Source of the DNA: Gammaproteobacteria bacterium
Lineage (GTDB): Bacteria > Pseudomonadota > Gammaproteobacteria > Eutrophobiales > Eutrophobiaceae
DNA: 64,000 nucleotides
Direction: 5' to 3'
Assembly (NCBI GenBank): GCA_965116495.1
Contig: OZ220696.1
Coordinates: 896,001-960,000, forward strand
Positions 36,814 through 46,643 of the stretch are shown here, piece by piece. Numbering within the stretch: position 1 is the first letter of the stretch; each line of letters opens with the position of its first letter. The position numbers were made by a program, and so were the translations under genes. The notes under the pieces are model-generated. The model saw only the letters and a program-made list of their open reading frames with translations. It ran no database searches and was not told the DNA's origin.

Positions 36814-39153
36814 TCAATGACTGTAGCTGATGCTTACCCCGAATATCCTCGGCGGACCGTAGTGAAGACGGCCGGGCAGGAAGCCTGAAGCTGGCCCGAA
36901 AATCTCACTGAAGTACTCCTTGTCCGACAGGTTACGGCCCCAGCCCGCCAGTTCCCAACGTCCATTGTCGGACCTGAGACCTATTCGGGCATTCAGCAGC
37001 GTATAGGAATTCTGCACCGCGCCGGGGTGATTCGGCAGGATAAACTGGTTTGAATCAGTATAGCTGTAATCAAACTGGGCAAAAGGCCGGAACCCGCTGA
37101 TTGCCTGTGACGCCGTGTAGCTGACCAGGCCGTTTATCGTGAAGTCAGGCGCATGGGCAGGGGTCTGGTCTTCATAATCCCCGTTTTGAATATCCGCATC
37201 CATCAGGTTAACGCCGGTATAGACCAGCAATTCAGGAGTAAGCTGCCAGGTTAGCTCCGCCTCAGCGCCGTAGATGTTAACGTCACCTGCAGTGCCCAAT
37301 GTAATCACCCTGACATTCTGTCCCGAAACGGGGTCGATCCTGTCGAGCGCCGCGCGCGCCTGCATGTCATTCCAGTCGTAGTAATAGCCCGCCGCGTTGA
37401 AGCGTACGTTGCCGTCAAGCAGCGCGGACTTGAAGCCGGCTTCGTACGCCAGTAATTCCTCGGACTGAAACGGCAAAAGCTGGTTGCGATTGAAGGCAAT
37501 CGACGCCGGGAACCCGCCGCTCTTGAACCCGCGGTTGAAACTGGCGTAAAACAGCAGGTTGTCGGTTGGCGTGAACTCCAGCGCCACCCTGCCGCCGACC
37601 TCCTCGGTATTCAGCTTCGGATGCGTGAACAAAGGAAGCGGTACCGGCCCACTGCCGGTAATCTTACCACTGAAGGAAAACTCGCGATCTTCATCGGTAT
37701 AGCGAATGCCCAGCGACAGTTTGAACATTTCATGCATACGCCAGTCAACCTGGGCAAACGCGGAGATGCCTTCCGTCTCCTGGTCTGATCCGCTTTCAAA
37801 AAAACCGGAGAACGAGGCATGGTCGCGAAAATCGGTATCCGAGAAGAAGTCATTATCATCTTTACTGTAGAACCCGCCGACGATCCAGTCTATCGGCCCC
37901 CAGCTGTCATCGGAGGCAAAGCGTATTTCCTGGGTAAAACTGGTAATATCTTCCCAGTTCCTGATTTCATGTATATACGCAGGCGAACCGCCCTGGTCCA
38001 ACGGCTGGTACCGGTCAAATTCCCGGTAACCGGTGATGGAGGTGGCGGTAAACCGGTCGAAATCAATGTTGACAGTCGCTGAAATTCCCCATGATTCGGC
38101 ATCTACCTGGTTGCCGGTGGAGAATTCGCCCAGTACCGTGCGTATATCCGGGTTGCGGTCCTGGATTATCTCTCGTTCTGGCGTCAAAGCCATGCCGCCC
38201 GTGCGGTCGCGTATCTGCGCGAACGAGGCGCATTCCACCTCATTGCGTATGCCTTCAGCTCCATAGGAACAAAAGCCTGGTGAACCATCCGCAAACAAAT
38301 TACCCGCATGTTTGAATGCCATTACCTCGGATTTATCCTCTGAATAATCGCCGCTGATGAGGATGTCAAATTGCTCGGTGGGTTCCCACAGTATCGAGCC
38401 GCGGTAGGCCTTCCTGTCAATCTCCCCGTTATCGGGGTCCACCCCCGGACCGAACGGTACTTCCGGTATTGTCTCCAGGGTCTGCCAGCCGTGCTGCGAT
38501 ACGTTGATGTTCGTGGCAACCCGCGCCGACAGGGTATCGCTCAAAGGACCGCCGATACCCAGCTCCAGTTCCGTCCTGTCATATTCCGCGTAATCGAAGC
38601 GCGCCTGCAGGTCGAACTCCTTGGTGGGTTTGCGCGGCACGACCTTTATCGCGCCGCCCGTGGTATTGCGGCCATACAGGGTACCTTGCGGTCCCTTCAA
38701 TACCTCGACCCGGTCCACGTCGAACATCTGGAAGCCCAGCATGACGTGCGACGGCAGGGCGATTTCATCCAGGTAGATCATGACCGCCGGGTTCTGCTTG
38801 CTGGTAACGTCGTTCATCCCCACACCGCGAATGGTGAACACCGAATCGCCCTCGTAGGAGGAACTGGCGTTGACCGTTAACCCAGGGGTGAACTGTGCCA
38901 GGTCCCGGGGTTGGGCAACACCCAGGTCCTGCAACACATCACCTGTGAATGCCGTTATCGAAATAGAGACATCCTGAACATTCTGCTCACGCTTTTGTGC
39001 CGTGACGATAATTTCCTCAATCTGGGCGGAAACAGGTGTAGAAAATAAGGCAATACATGAAATAAGTATTGTAATAGGCTGAATATTAAATATTTTATTT
39101 AGGCAACACAGAAAAGAAACGGAAAACCGTCCAATCGAGTAATTCATCATCAT
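36814..39153 (-). CDS. TonB-dependent receptor
   Basis: TonB box EEIIVTAQKR; RVEVLKGPQGTLYGRNTTGGAI; C-terminal GRNLSDKEY...PRIFGVSISY. Confidence 0.95.
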   Translation of the reverse strand: MMMNYSIGRFSVSFLCCLNKIFNIQPITILISCIALFSTPVSAQIEEIIVTAQKREQNVQDVSISITAFTGDVLQDLGVAQPRDLAQFTPGLTVNASSSYEGDSVFTIRGVGMNDVTSKQNPAVMIYLDEIALPSHVMLGFQMFDVDRVEVLKGPQGTLYGRNTTGGAIKVVPRKPTKEFDLQARFDYAEYDRTELELGIGGPLSDTLSARVATNINVSQHGWQTLETIPEVPFGPGVDPDNGEIDRKAYRGSILWEPTEQFDILISGDYSEDKSEVMAFKHAGNLFADGSPGFCSYGAEGIRNEVECASFAQIRDRTGGMALTPEREIIQDRNPDIRTVLGEFSTGNQVDAESWGISATVNIDFDRFTATSITGYREFDRYQPLDQGGSPAYIHEIRNWEDITSFTQEIRFASDDSWGPIDWIVGGFYSKDDNDFFSDTDFRDHASFSGFFESGSDQETEGISAFAQVDWRMHEMFKLSLGIRYTDEDREFSFSGKITGSGPVPLPLFTHPKLNTEEVGGRVALEFTPTDNLLFYASFNRGFKSGGFPASIAFNRNQLLPFQSEELLAYEAGFKSALLDGNVRFNAAGYYYDWNDMQARAALDRIDPVSGQNVRVITLGTAGDVNIYGAEAELTWQLTPELLVYTGVNLMDADIQNGDYEDQTPAHAPDFTINGLVSYTASQAISGFRPFAQFDYSYTDSNQFILPNHPGAVQNSYTLLNARIGLRSDNGRWELAGWGRNLSDKEYFSEIFGPASGFLPGRLHYGPPRIFGVSISYSH

Positions 39154-39245
39154 CCTTCTCCCCTTGGTGAGTAAGCACTGCATCTGTTACAGGATATTGA
39201 TTACGCGTAAAATTGTCAATAATCGACAGCGTTGCTATTTTACAA

Positions 39246-40604
39246 CTACTGCCACCCCTGTTCTGCCTCCGCCAGGCTGGCCCGGTAATATTTCAGTCCG
39301 GTATAAATGATGAGCGCCGACAACGGCGCCGATATTGCAACTACGGTTGCCAGGGAATGGCCGACCAGGGCTGGATCCTTGTAAAAATAGTCAGTCAGCA
39401 GGGCGACGAAGGTCGGACCTATACCTAGTCCTATTAGGTTAACAGCCAACAAATACAGCGCCGAGACCTGGGCGCGCATCTGGTTGGGTGTAATCGGCTG
39501 TAACGCGGCAGGCGCGATACCGTGCGGCAGGCTCCAACAAAAGGTGAAAGGCGCCATGAGCGCCAGTGTAAACCAGATATTGTCGACCAGGGGTGCGGCA
39601 ACACCGAAAGGAATGGAACAGAGCGCTCCTATCATGATGACCCTCAGGTTGGCGTCGGAATAGCCGCGCCGGCGCAGCGCATCCGCCATCCAACCCGCGC
39701 TGACGACACCGGAAGTGCCGAAGACCAGCAACATGCTTCCGTAGACGAGTCCGACCTCACCCGGCGTCCAGCCATACTTGCGAATAAAAAATGCCGGTGT
39801 CCAGGACAGTATTGAATAGGCCAGCATCACGAACATGGATACCCCGATCATGTGATGCCCGTAGGTGCGCCAGTTTGTGCGCAAAAATGCAATGATTTCC
39901 CTAACCGGAATGCCTTTGGGAACTGCACCCGGTTGACCTCCAAGCAGCCCCCTGCGCACCGGTTCGCGTAGGGAAAACACCAGTAACGCCAGTAAAATTC
40001 CGGGTAATCCGACTACGATGAATGCCATCTGCCAGGCGCGAATCTGCCCGAATACCGGGATATCAACAACATCGAGCCGAGTCACGAAATCAACGACGAA
40101 CCCCCCGATAATATAGGCCAGTCCCGCGCCTAGAAAGCTGCCCCCGGTAAAGACTGCAATCGCCCGGGTAACCTTGCCTGGCGGAAAGTAATCTGTAAAC
40201 AACGAATAAGCCGGCGGAGATAGCGCGGCCTCCCCTACTCCCACCCCTATACGCGCGGCAAACAACTGCCCGAAAGATTTTGCCAGACCGCACATGACGG
40301 TCATCAGGCTCCAGAGGAACACGCCGGCGGCGATAATGGTGCGCCGATTTGAAACGTCTGCAAGGCGGGCAATGGGAATGCCCATCAAGGTATAAAACAG
40401 GGCAAAAGCAATCCCCTGCAGGAGGGATATCTGTGTGTCGCTGAGTTGAAGGTCCTCCCGTATCGGTTCGACCAGCAGGTTTATAATCTGCCGATCGACG
40501 AAGGAAAAAATATAGGCAACCGTCAAAACGCCGACAACGTACCAGGCATAGACCTGGTTTGGGTACTCTTCGTGTTCAGAAATCGGTAAATCTGGTTTAT
40601 TCAT
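39246..40604 (-). CDS. MFS transporter (spinster-like)
   Basis: FSFVDRQII, GIPIARLAD..NRR, RIGVGVGEAALSP. Confidence 0.92.
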   Translation of the reverse strand: MNKPDLPISEHEEYPNQVYAWYVVGVLTVAYIFSFVDRQIINLLVEPIREDLQLSDTQISLLQGIAFALFYTLMGIPIARLADVSNRRTIIAAGVFLWSLMTVMCGLAKSFGQLFAARIGVGVGEAALSPPAYSLFTDYFPPGKVTRAIAVFTGGSFLGAGLAYIIGGFVVDFVTRLDVVDIPVFGQIRAWQMAFIVVGLPGILLALLVFSLREPVRRGLLGGQPGAVPKGIPVREIIAFLRTNWRTYGHHMIGVSMFVMLAYSILSWTPAFFIRKYGWTPGEVGLVYGSMLLVFGTSGVVSAGWMADALRRRGYSDANLRVIMIGALCSIPFGVAAPLVDNIWFTLALMAPFTFCWSLPHGIAPAALQPITPNQMRAQVSALYLLAVNLIGLGIGPTFVALLTDYFYKDPALVGHSLATVVAISAPLSALIIYTGLKYYRASLAEAEQGWQ

Positions 40605-40668
40605 CTTTTTAGCCGCGCCTTGTTTCAGCCTCCTGAGTAATCCTGCATTTCAGTCTTTCATTCCCGCT

Positions 40669-41979
40669 TCAGCAATCCAGCGTATTGCGCCGCTCCCAGT
40701 CACTGAGATGCGCTGTATACTCCCTCCATTCCTGCATTTTCAGTTTGATATAGGAATCCACAAACTCGTCACCCAGGCCGGCGCGTAATACCTTGTTTTT
40801 TTCCAGCAGACGTAAGGCGTCCAGGAGGGTGGCCGGTAATTTTCGTGCAGATTTCACCTTGTGACCCTCTGCGTACATATCGAGAAACAACGGTTTACCC
40901 GGGTCGCGTTGGTTATCTATCCCGTCCAGGCCGGTGGCCAGTATGCCGGCCTGTGACAGGTACGGGTTGGTGGAACCGTCCATCAGGCGCAGTTCGAACC
41001 GGCCCGGATCCGGGATGCGGATCATGTGGGTACGGTTGTTCCCGGTGTAGGTAACCGAACTTGGCGACCAGCTTGCCCCGGACAGGGTGCGCGGCGCATC
41101 GATCCGCTTGTAGCTGTTGACGGTCGGGTTGAACAGCGCGCAGAGTGCAGTGGCACTGTGCATGACGCCGCCCAGGAACCGGTAGGCCAGCCCGGACAGG
41201 CCCAGGTCATCGTTTTCATCCAGAAACAGGTTGTCGTCACCCGCCGCATCCCACACCGAGACGTGGGTATGGCAGCCGTTGCCGGTGAGGTCGGCAAAGG
41301 GTTTCGGCATGAACGTCGCGCGGTAGCCGTGCTGCTCCGCAATGGTCTTGACCATGTACTTGAAAAAGACGTGGCGGTCAGCCGTCTTCAGGGCATCGGC
41401 ATAGTCCCAGTTCATTTCAAACTGGCCGTTAGCATCCTCGTGGTCGTTCTGGTACGGGCCCCAACCCAGTTCCAGCATACAGTCACATATGGCTTTGATG
41501 ACGGGATAACGGCGCATCAGCGCCTGTTGGTCGTAACAGGGCTTGCTCTGTATATCGTTGGGATCGGAGATGGCCGTGCCTTCCTGGTTAATCAGGAAAT
41601 ACTCACACTCGACGCCGGTCTTCATCCGATAACCCGCCTGCTCCGCTTTGGCCAGTTGCCGTTTCAGGACGATACGCGGGGATGCTTCCACTTCTTTGCC
41701 GTTCATCCACAGGTCCGAGGCCAGCCAGCCTACTTCCCTGTTCCACGGCAACTGGATCAGGCTGTCCGGGTCAGGTATGCCGAACATGTCGGGATCCGCC
41801 GGCGTCATGTCCAGCCACGCGGCAAATCCGGCAAACCCGGCGCCCTCTGCCTGCATGCCCCCGATCGCCCGTGCCGGAACCAGCTTCGACCGCAACGTGC
41901 CGAACAGGTCGACGAAACTGATTAAAAAATATTTGATGCCTTTTTGTTCTGCAACTTGTGCCAGATCGGTTGTCATCAT
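40669..41979 (-). CDS. gmaS: Gamma-glutamylmethylamide synthetase (type III GS, GlnT)
   Basis: KYFLISFVDLFG..RSKLVP, GAGFAGFA, KPCYDQQALMR, YQNDHEDANGQFEMNW, NNRTHMIRIP, terminal TLDC; follows mgsABC. Confidence 0.9.
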   Translation of the reverse strand: MMTTDLAQVAEQKGIKYFLISFVDLFGTLRSKLVPARAIGGMQAEGAGFAGFAAWLDMTPADPDMFGIPDPDSLIQLPWNREVGWLASDLWMNGKEVEASPRIVLKRQLAKAEQAGYRMKTGVECEYFLINQEGTAISDPNDIQSKPCYDQQALMRRYPVIKAICDCMLELGWGPYQNDHEDANGQFEMNWDYADALKTADRHVFFKYMVKTIAEQHGYRATFMPKPFADLTGNGCHTHVSVWDAAGDDNLFLDENDDLGLSGLAYRFLGGVMHSATALCALFNPTVNSYKRIDAPRTLSGASWSPSSVTYTGNNRTHMIRIPDPGRFELRLMDGSTNPYLSQAGILATGLDGIDNQRDPGKPLFLDMYAEGHKVKSARKLPATLLDALRLLEKNKVLRAGLGDEFVDSYIKLKMQEWREYTAHLSDWERRNTLDC

Positions 41980-41998
41980 TGTTTCCTCCTGGTTAACG

Positions 41999-43324
41999 TT
42001 ATCTGTTGTCTCCGGGAATCCAGTCAGTGCCTGCAAGCGGCACCTTGGCCATGGCGGCTGCTTCCATGGTTAATGCCGCCAGGTCCTCGGGTTCCATGTT
42101 ATGCACGTGGCTCTTGCCGCAGGCGCGCGCCAGGGTCTGTGTCTCCAATGTCAATACCCGCAGGTAATTGGCGAGCCTGCGCCCCCCCTTTACCGGGTCA
42201 AACTTTTCCGCGAGTTCATCGCTCTGCGTGGAAATACCTGCAGGGTCCCGGCCCTCCTGGTAATCGTCGTAATAACCCGATGACGCGCCCAGCTTGCGGT
42301 ATTCCTCTTCGTACTCCGGACTGTTGTCACCCAGGGCAATCAAGGCTGCAACCCCTATGGAAACCGCATCGGCGCCCAGCGCCAGGGCCTTGGCCACGTC
42401 TGCGCCGCTGCGTATCCCCCCGGATACGATCAATTGCACTCTCCGGTGCATATCCATTTCTTTCAGGGCCTCCACAGCCAGCCTTACCGCCGGTAAGGTG
42501 GGTATGCCGACGTGCTCGATAAACACATCCTGGGTTGCCGCGGTGCCGCCCTGCATACCGTCAACGACGATGACGTCCGCGCCTGCCTTGACCGCCAGCA
42601 TGGTGTCGTAATAGGTCCGGGCTGCTCCTATTTTAATGTAAACAGGTATTTGCCAATCGGTAATTTCACGCAGCTCCCGAATCTTTATCTCAAGATCATC
42701 CGGCCCGGTCCAGTCCGGATGGCGGCAGGCGCTGCGTTGGTCGATTCCTTCAGGCAGGTCGCGCATTTCCGCAACCCGGGCGCTGATCTTCTGGCCCAGC
42801 AGCATACCGCCTCCGCCGGGTTTGGCGCCCTGCCCCACCACCACTTCAACAGCGTCCGCCTTGCGTAAATCATCCGGGTTCATCCCATAGCGGGACGGCA
42901 GTAACTGGTACACCAGCAGGTCCGAATGCTCCCGTTCCTCCGCTGTCATGCCGCCGTCTCCGGTGGTGGTGCTGGTACCCACTTCGGAAGCGCCCCGGCC
43001 CAATGCCTCCTTTGCCTGCGCCGACAGGGCGCCGAAACTCATTCCGGCTATGGTAACGGGTATTTTCAGCTCGATGGGCTTTTTCGCATAACGCGTGCCC
43101 AGCACCACGCTGGTATCACACCGTTCCCGGTAACCTTCGAGTGGATAGCGCGACATGCTGGCGCCGAGAAAGACCAGGTCGTCAAAAGTCGGCAATTGCC
43201 GCTTGGCGCCGAACCCCCGTATGTCATATATCCCGGTACGCGCGGCGCGCTGGATCTCGGCAATGACCGGCCGCGGAAATGTCGCGGATTCGCGCAGCCA
43301 GTCCGTATTGTTTTTCTCAGTCAT
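41999..43324 (-). CDS. mgsC: N-methylglutamate synthase subunit C (FMN-binding glutamate synthase family, GlxD)
   Basis: GASMSRYPLEGYRE, MSFGALS, GQGAKPGGGG, CRHPDWTGPDDL. Confidence 0.92.
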   Translation of the reverse strand: MTEKNNTDWLRESATFPRPVIAEIQRAARTGIYDIRGFGAKRQLPTFDDLVFLGASMSRYPLEGYRERCDTSVVLGTRYAKKPIELKIPVTIAGMSFGALSAQAKEALGRGASEVGTSTTTGDGGMTAEEREHSDLLVYQLLPSRYGMNPDDLRKADAVEVVVGQGAKPGGGGMLLGQKISARVAEMRDLPEGIDQRSACRHPDWTGPDDLEIKIRELREITDWQIPVYIKIGAARTYYDTMLAVKAGADVIVVDGMQGGTAATQDVFIEHVGIPTLPAVRLAVEALKEMDMHRRVQLIVSGGIRSGADVAKALALGADAVSIGVAALIALGDNSPEYEEEYRKLGASSGYYDDYQEGRDPAGISTQSDELAEKFDPVKGGRRLANYLRVLTLETQTLARACGKSHVHNMEPEDLAALTMEAAAMAKVPLAGTDWIPGDNR

Positions 43325-43348
43325 CCTCCCCACTCCCGTATCACTGTC

Positions 43349-43514
43349 CGTCATTCCCGCGAAGCTTGCCCCTGCATGCCGTAAGCAGGGGGCGGGAACC
43401 CAATGAAATACTTGTCCCGCAGGGACACTTTATAAGGTGTCGCAAGCGACGGTGTCTTACTGGGTTCCTGTCCCCTGCTTACGGCATGCAGGGGCAAGCT
43501 TCGCAGGAACGACG
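43349..43514. repeat. Inverted doublet of CGTC-type REPs inside the mgs operon
   Basis: CGTCATTCCCGCGAAGCTTGCCCCTGCATGCCGTAAGCAGGGGGCGGGAACCC and its inverted copy at 43460-43514. Confidence 0.85.
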
Positions 43515-43528
43515 AACCACACAGGAAT

Positions 43529-44215
43529 TCAATAAGCATCCACATTGTCAACATCGAAGTGATACAGTTTTCGGGCGGAACCGTAACGGCGAAAATCAGC
43601 CGCATCGACGCCGGTGATGCCCGCTTGTTGCAGTAACTGTTCAACCTCCTGTTCGTGATCTTCTGCCATCGGTTTCTCCACACAATCTGCACCCAGGCCG
43701 GCAACCTTTCCCCTCACATAGATGCGCGCTTCATATAACGAATCACCCAAGGCGGTACCGGCGTCGCCGCAGATGACCAGGCGCCCTGTCTGCGCCATGA
43801 ACGCGCTCATGTGTCCGACGGACCCCCTGACGACGATATCCACGCCCTTCATGGAGATGCCGCAGCGGGAACTCGCATTGCCCTCGATAACAAGCAACCC
43901 GCCGCGCGCGCTGGCGCCGGCGTACTGTGACGCATTGCCCGTCACCCTCACCCTCCCCGACATCATGTTCTCCGCGACCCCGGGTCCGGCATTGCCGCGC
44001 ACCGTAAGCGACGCCCGCTTGTTCATGCCGGCACAATAGTAACCCACGTGCCCGGCTATCGTGACTTCCAGCGGCGCGTCAATGCCTACCCCTACCGCAT
44101 GTTTTCCCTTCGTGTTCGTTACCGACCAGGCGGAACGCTCTTCACTGCCGTTATGCTCGTGCAATGCCTGGTTCAACTCCCTGATACTGACATCGTCCAG
44201 GTTAAACTCACGCAT
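43529..44215 (-). CDS. mgsB: N-methylglutamate synthase subunit B (GXGXG, GlxC)
   Basis: GHVGYYCAGMN, GVAENMMSG, RCGISMKG, GSARKLYHF. Confidence 0.92.
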   Translation of the reverse strand: MREFNLDDVSIRELNQALHEHNGSEERSAWSVTNTKGKHAVGVGIDAPLEVTIAGHVGYYCAGMNKRASLTVRGNAGPGVAENMMSGRVRVTGNASQYAGASARGGLLVIEGNASSRCGISMKGVDIVVRGSVGHMSAFMAQTGRLVICGDAGTALGDSLYEARIYVRGKVAGLGADCVEKPMAEDHEQEVEQLLQQAGITGVDAADFRRYGSARKLYHFDVDNVDAY

Positions 44216-44218
44216 GCG

Positions 44219-45115
44219 TCAATGACTCCAGCTATAGACCGTCGCCGGTTCGGGTTCCCAGCATTCGGCCTGGTCGGCGCCGGGCAATACGGCAATTGCA
44301 CGGTATTCCGACGCCATTGCCACCCAGTCGGCAGTTTCCGCCATCACCGCAGGCTTGCAGGCGATCGGGTCGCGCAGGACGGCAAAACCGTCCTTTGTGC
44401 CTATGGCGAATGTAAAAAAACCGTCCAGGTCCTGCAACGCCGCCTGCAGGGCTTCATCAAGCGACATGCCCTCACGCATGCGCCAGGTCAGGTAACCTGC
44501 CGCCACCTCGCTGTCGTTATCCGTATGGATATCGATACCCCGTTTTATGAGAAACTCACGTAAGCCGTTATGATTGCTGAGAGACCCGTTATGGACCAGG
44601 CACAAGTCCTCGCCTGTGGAAAAAGGATGCGAATGTTCAGTGGTCACCGCACTCTCCGTAGCCATGCGCGTATGTCCCAGGGCGTGGGTACCTTGCATCC
44701 GGGTGACGCCGAAACGTTCAATCACCTCCGACGGCAGGCCTTTTTCCTTGTATATTTCAATACTGGTGCCCGTACTGTTGACATGCAACGCCGGATATTC
44801 CCGGGCAACCCATTCCCGGAACCTGCCTGCCGGCACGGTGGTGGTCACTACGGCATGGTTTTGCGCCGGACTGACGCTGCCGAACCCCGGGAATACCCGG
44901 GACATCTCATCGTCCATCTGCTGCCAGTCGAACTCCGTCTCCGGGCTGAGCAAGGTTATCTTGGCCATTGCTTCAGGCGCGCTATCACGATAGACCGCTA
45001 TACCGGTACTGTCGGGACCCCGTTCCGCCATCTCCAAAAGCATCCGCGCAACCAGTTCTCCCAACTGATCTTCAATGAACGGGGATTTACTGAATAAGCC
45101 GACTATTCCGCACAT
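44219..45115 (-). CDS. mgsA: N-methylglutamate synthase subunit A (class II GATase, GlxB)
   Basis: MCGIVG, RGPDSTG, GHTRMATES, HNGSLSNHN, NDSE, RDPIACKP. Confidence 0.92.
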   Translation of the reverse strand: MCGIVGLFSKSPFIEDQLGELVARMLLEMAERGPDSTGIAVYRDSAPEAMAKITLLSPETEFDWQQMDDEMSRVFPGFGSVSPAQNHAVVTTTVPAGRFREWVAREYPALHVNSTGTSIEIYKEKGLPSEVIERFGVTRMQGTHALGHTRMATESAVTTEHSHPFSTGEDLCLVHNGSLSNHNGLREFLIKRGIDIHTDNDSEVAAGYLTWRMREGMSLDEALQAALQDLDGFFTFAIGTKDGFAVLRDPIACKPAVMAETADWVAMASEYRAIAVLPGADQAECWEPEPATVYSWSH

Positions 45116-45121
45116 GACACG

Positions 45122-45292
45122 CTACGCAGGCAGGCACTGGGATAGACCTGCCTGGTTCGAGACCTCGGCGACAGTCATTTTCAGTTGTTTGCAAAATTCC
45201 CGGATCCGGGCACCGATCGCCCCGGCAAGTAAGCGGTCTTTCTCTCCGACATCAGGCAGCCGGGTAATACTGCTCTCGTATTGTTTAACCGA
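45122..45292 (-). pseudogene. Truncated XRE-HTH regulator upstream of mgsA
   Basis: AIGARIREFCKQLKMTVAEVSNQAGLS then stop; the recognition helix and cupin domain usual for this regulator type are absent. Confidence 0.65.
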
Positions 45293-45420
45293 AGTTGACA
45301 ACAGGCTTCTCCTGTGGAAGAAAAACAAAATTGTCAGTGCGCACATTTTTTGTAATAGTTGCATGGTTGTTCAGTTTACTATAAATATGTCCCGGATCAG
45401 GCGTCAGTGAGAAATGCGGG

Positions 45421-46599
45421 CTAGAGGTGCTTTTTCTGTGCAATCAACCCCGGGACCAGGACGACGGCACTGGCGATAAACAGCACGGTCGCCACGCTGT
45501 AGACGTGGTCATAACTGCTGCTGCCGAGTATGGTTGCGGCGATAAAGGGCCCGATGGCATATCCCAGAGTCTGCATGCAGATGCCGTAGATCACCACCTT
45601 GCCCCTGCGGTCGAACGAGGCCATTGTCGCCAACAGGTAGGGCATGCTCACGTTCCAGAGGAAATTGAACAGGCACACACCCAGGGCGAAATGGAACAGG
45701 GCGATCTCGCCCACTAGTATGTAGATGCCGATAGCGGTACCGATGATACTCACCTGCAGGGGTATGATCCGGCCAATGCGCAGCTGCAGGACTACGGCGA
45801 CAAAAGCCCCGACAATGCCCAGGAACTGGGAGATGGTCAGGACGTTGGCCACGGTCTGCTCGGCGATGCCGGCTTCCAGCCCCAGCAGGAACAAGTAGGC
45901 CCAGACGATACCGATGGATGTGTTGTAGACCAGGATGGCAAGCAGGGACACCCCTTTTAAGCGCCATGAATAACCGACTTTCTCAGGCACCGACAGGTCC
46001 AGGTGGTGGACGCCGGAGCGCGGCAGGTAGCGGGTGAAAAACAGGCCCGAAACATTGAACAGAGCAAAGAACACCAGCACGCCGTTCATGCCTATGCTCG
46101 CGAACGCGGTGGGCATAACCAGTATGCCCAAGGCGCCGTAGATCAGCACCCAGGTGATGATGTAACCAAAATTCCTGTCGGATTTATCGGTGAGGCCCAT
46201 CATGGCGAAGGTCAGCGACATCAGTCCGCCGGAGCCCATACCGGTGAGGAAGCGCACCGCTGCCAGCGAATTGAAATCCACCAGGGACAGGGACAGGAGA
46301 TTGCCCGCGGCGGCAATGATCAGGCACAACACTGCCAGTTTGCGCCAGTCGAAGTGCGCCTCCATAAAGATGACCAGGATAGTGGTGCAGGCGATGCCGA
46401 ACATCTCTGCGGAGGCGATATAACCCGCCTGTTCCTCGCTGAATGCCAGGTGTTCGACCAGGCCCTGGACATAACCCGGCTGGAGGATGAAGACACAGGG
46501 CGCAATCACCGCAATATAGACAATCGCGCTGATCGACACGCGCGAATTCACATGCACAGGATTCGTACCATTCCCCAATAGCCATTGCATAGGACTCAC
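45421..46599 (-). CDS. MFS transporter
   Basis: About 12 TM segments; RFLTGMGSG. Confidence 0.85.
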   Translation of the reverse strand: MSPMQWLLGNGTNPVHVNSRVSISAIVYIAVIAPCVFILQPGYVQGLVEHLAFSEEQAGYIASAEMFGIACTTILVIFMEAHFDWRKLAVLCLIIAAAGNLLSLSLVDFNSLAAVRFLTGMGSGGLMSLTFAMMGLTDKSDRNFGYIITWVLIYGALGILVMPTAFASIGMNGVLVFFALFNVSGLFFTRYLPRSGVHHLDLSVPEKVGYSWRLKGVSLLAILVYNTSIGIVWAYLFLLGLEAGIAEQTVANVLTISQFLGIVGAFVAVVLQLRIGRIIPLQVSIIGTAIGIYILVGEIALFHFALGVCLFNFLWNVSMPYLLATMASFDRRGKVVIYGICMQTLGYAIGPFIAATILGSSSYDHVYSVATVLFIASAVVLVPGLIAQKKHL

Positions 46600-46643
46600 C
46601 CTCCTTATGGCAATCGTTGTACTAGACGGTCAGATTATTCGAC

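Noticed and set aside
40669-41979. Calling this gene housekeeping glutamine synthetase glnA
   Set aside because: Sequence is GlnT/type III-like and follows mgsABC, which fits GmaS
43279-43704. ORFs spanning the mgsB-mgsC gap
   Set aside because: Composed of REP doublet sequence and alternative frames of mgsB
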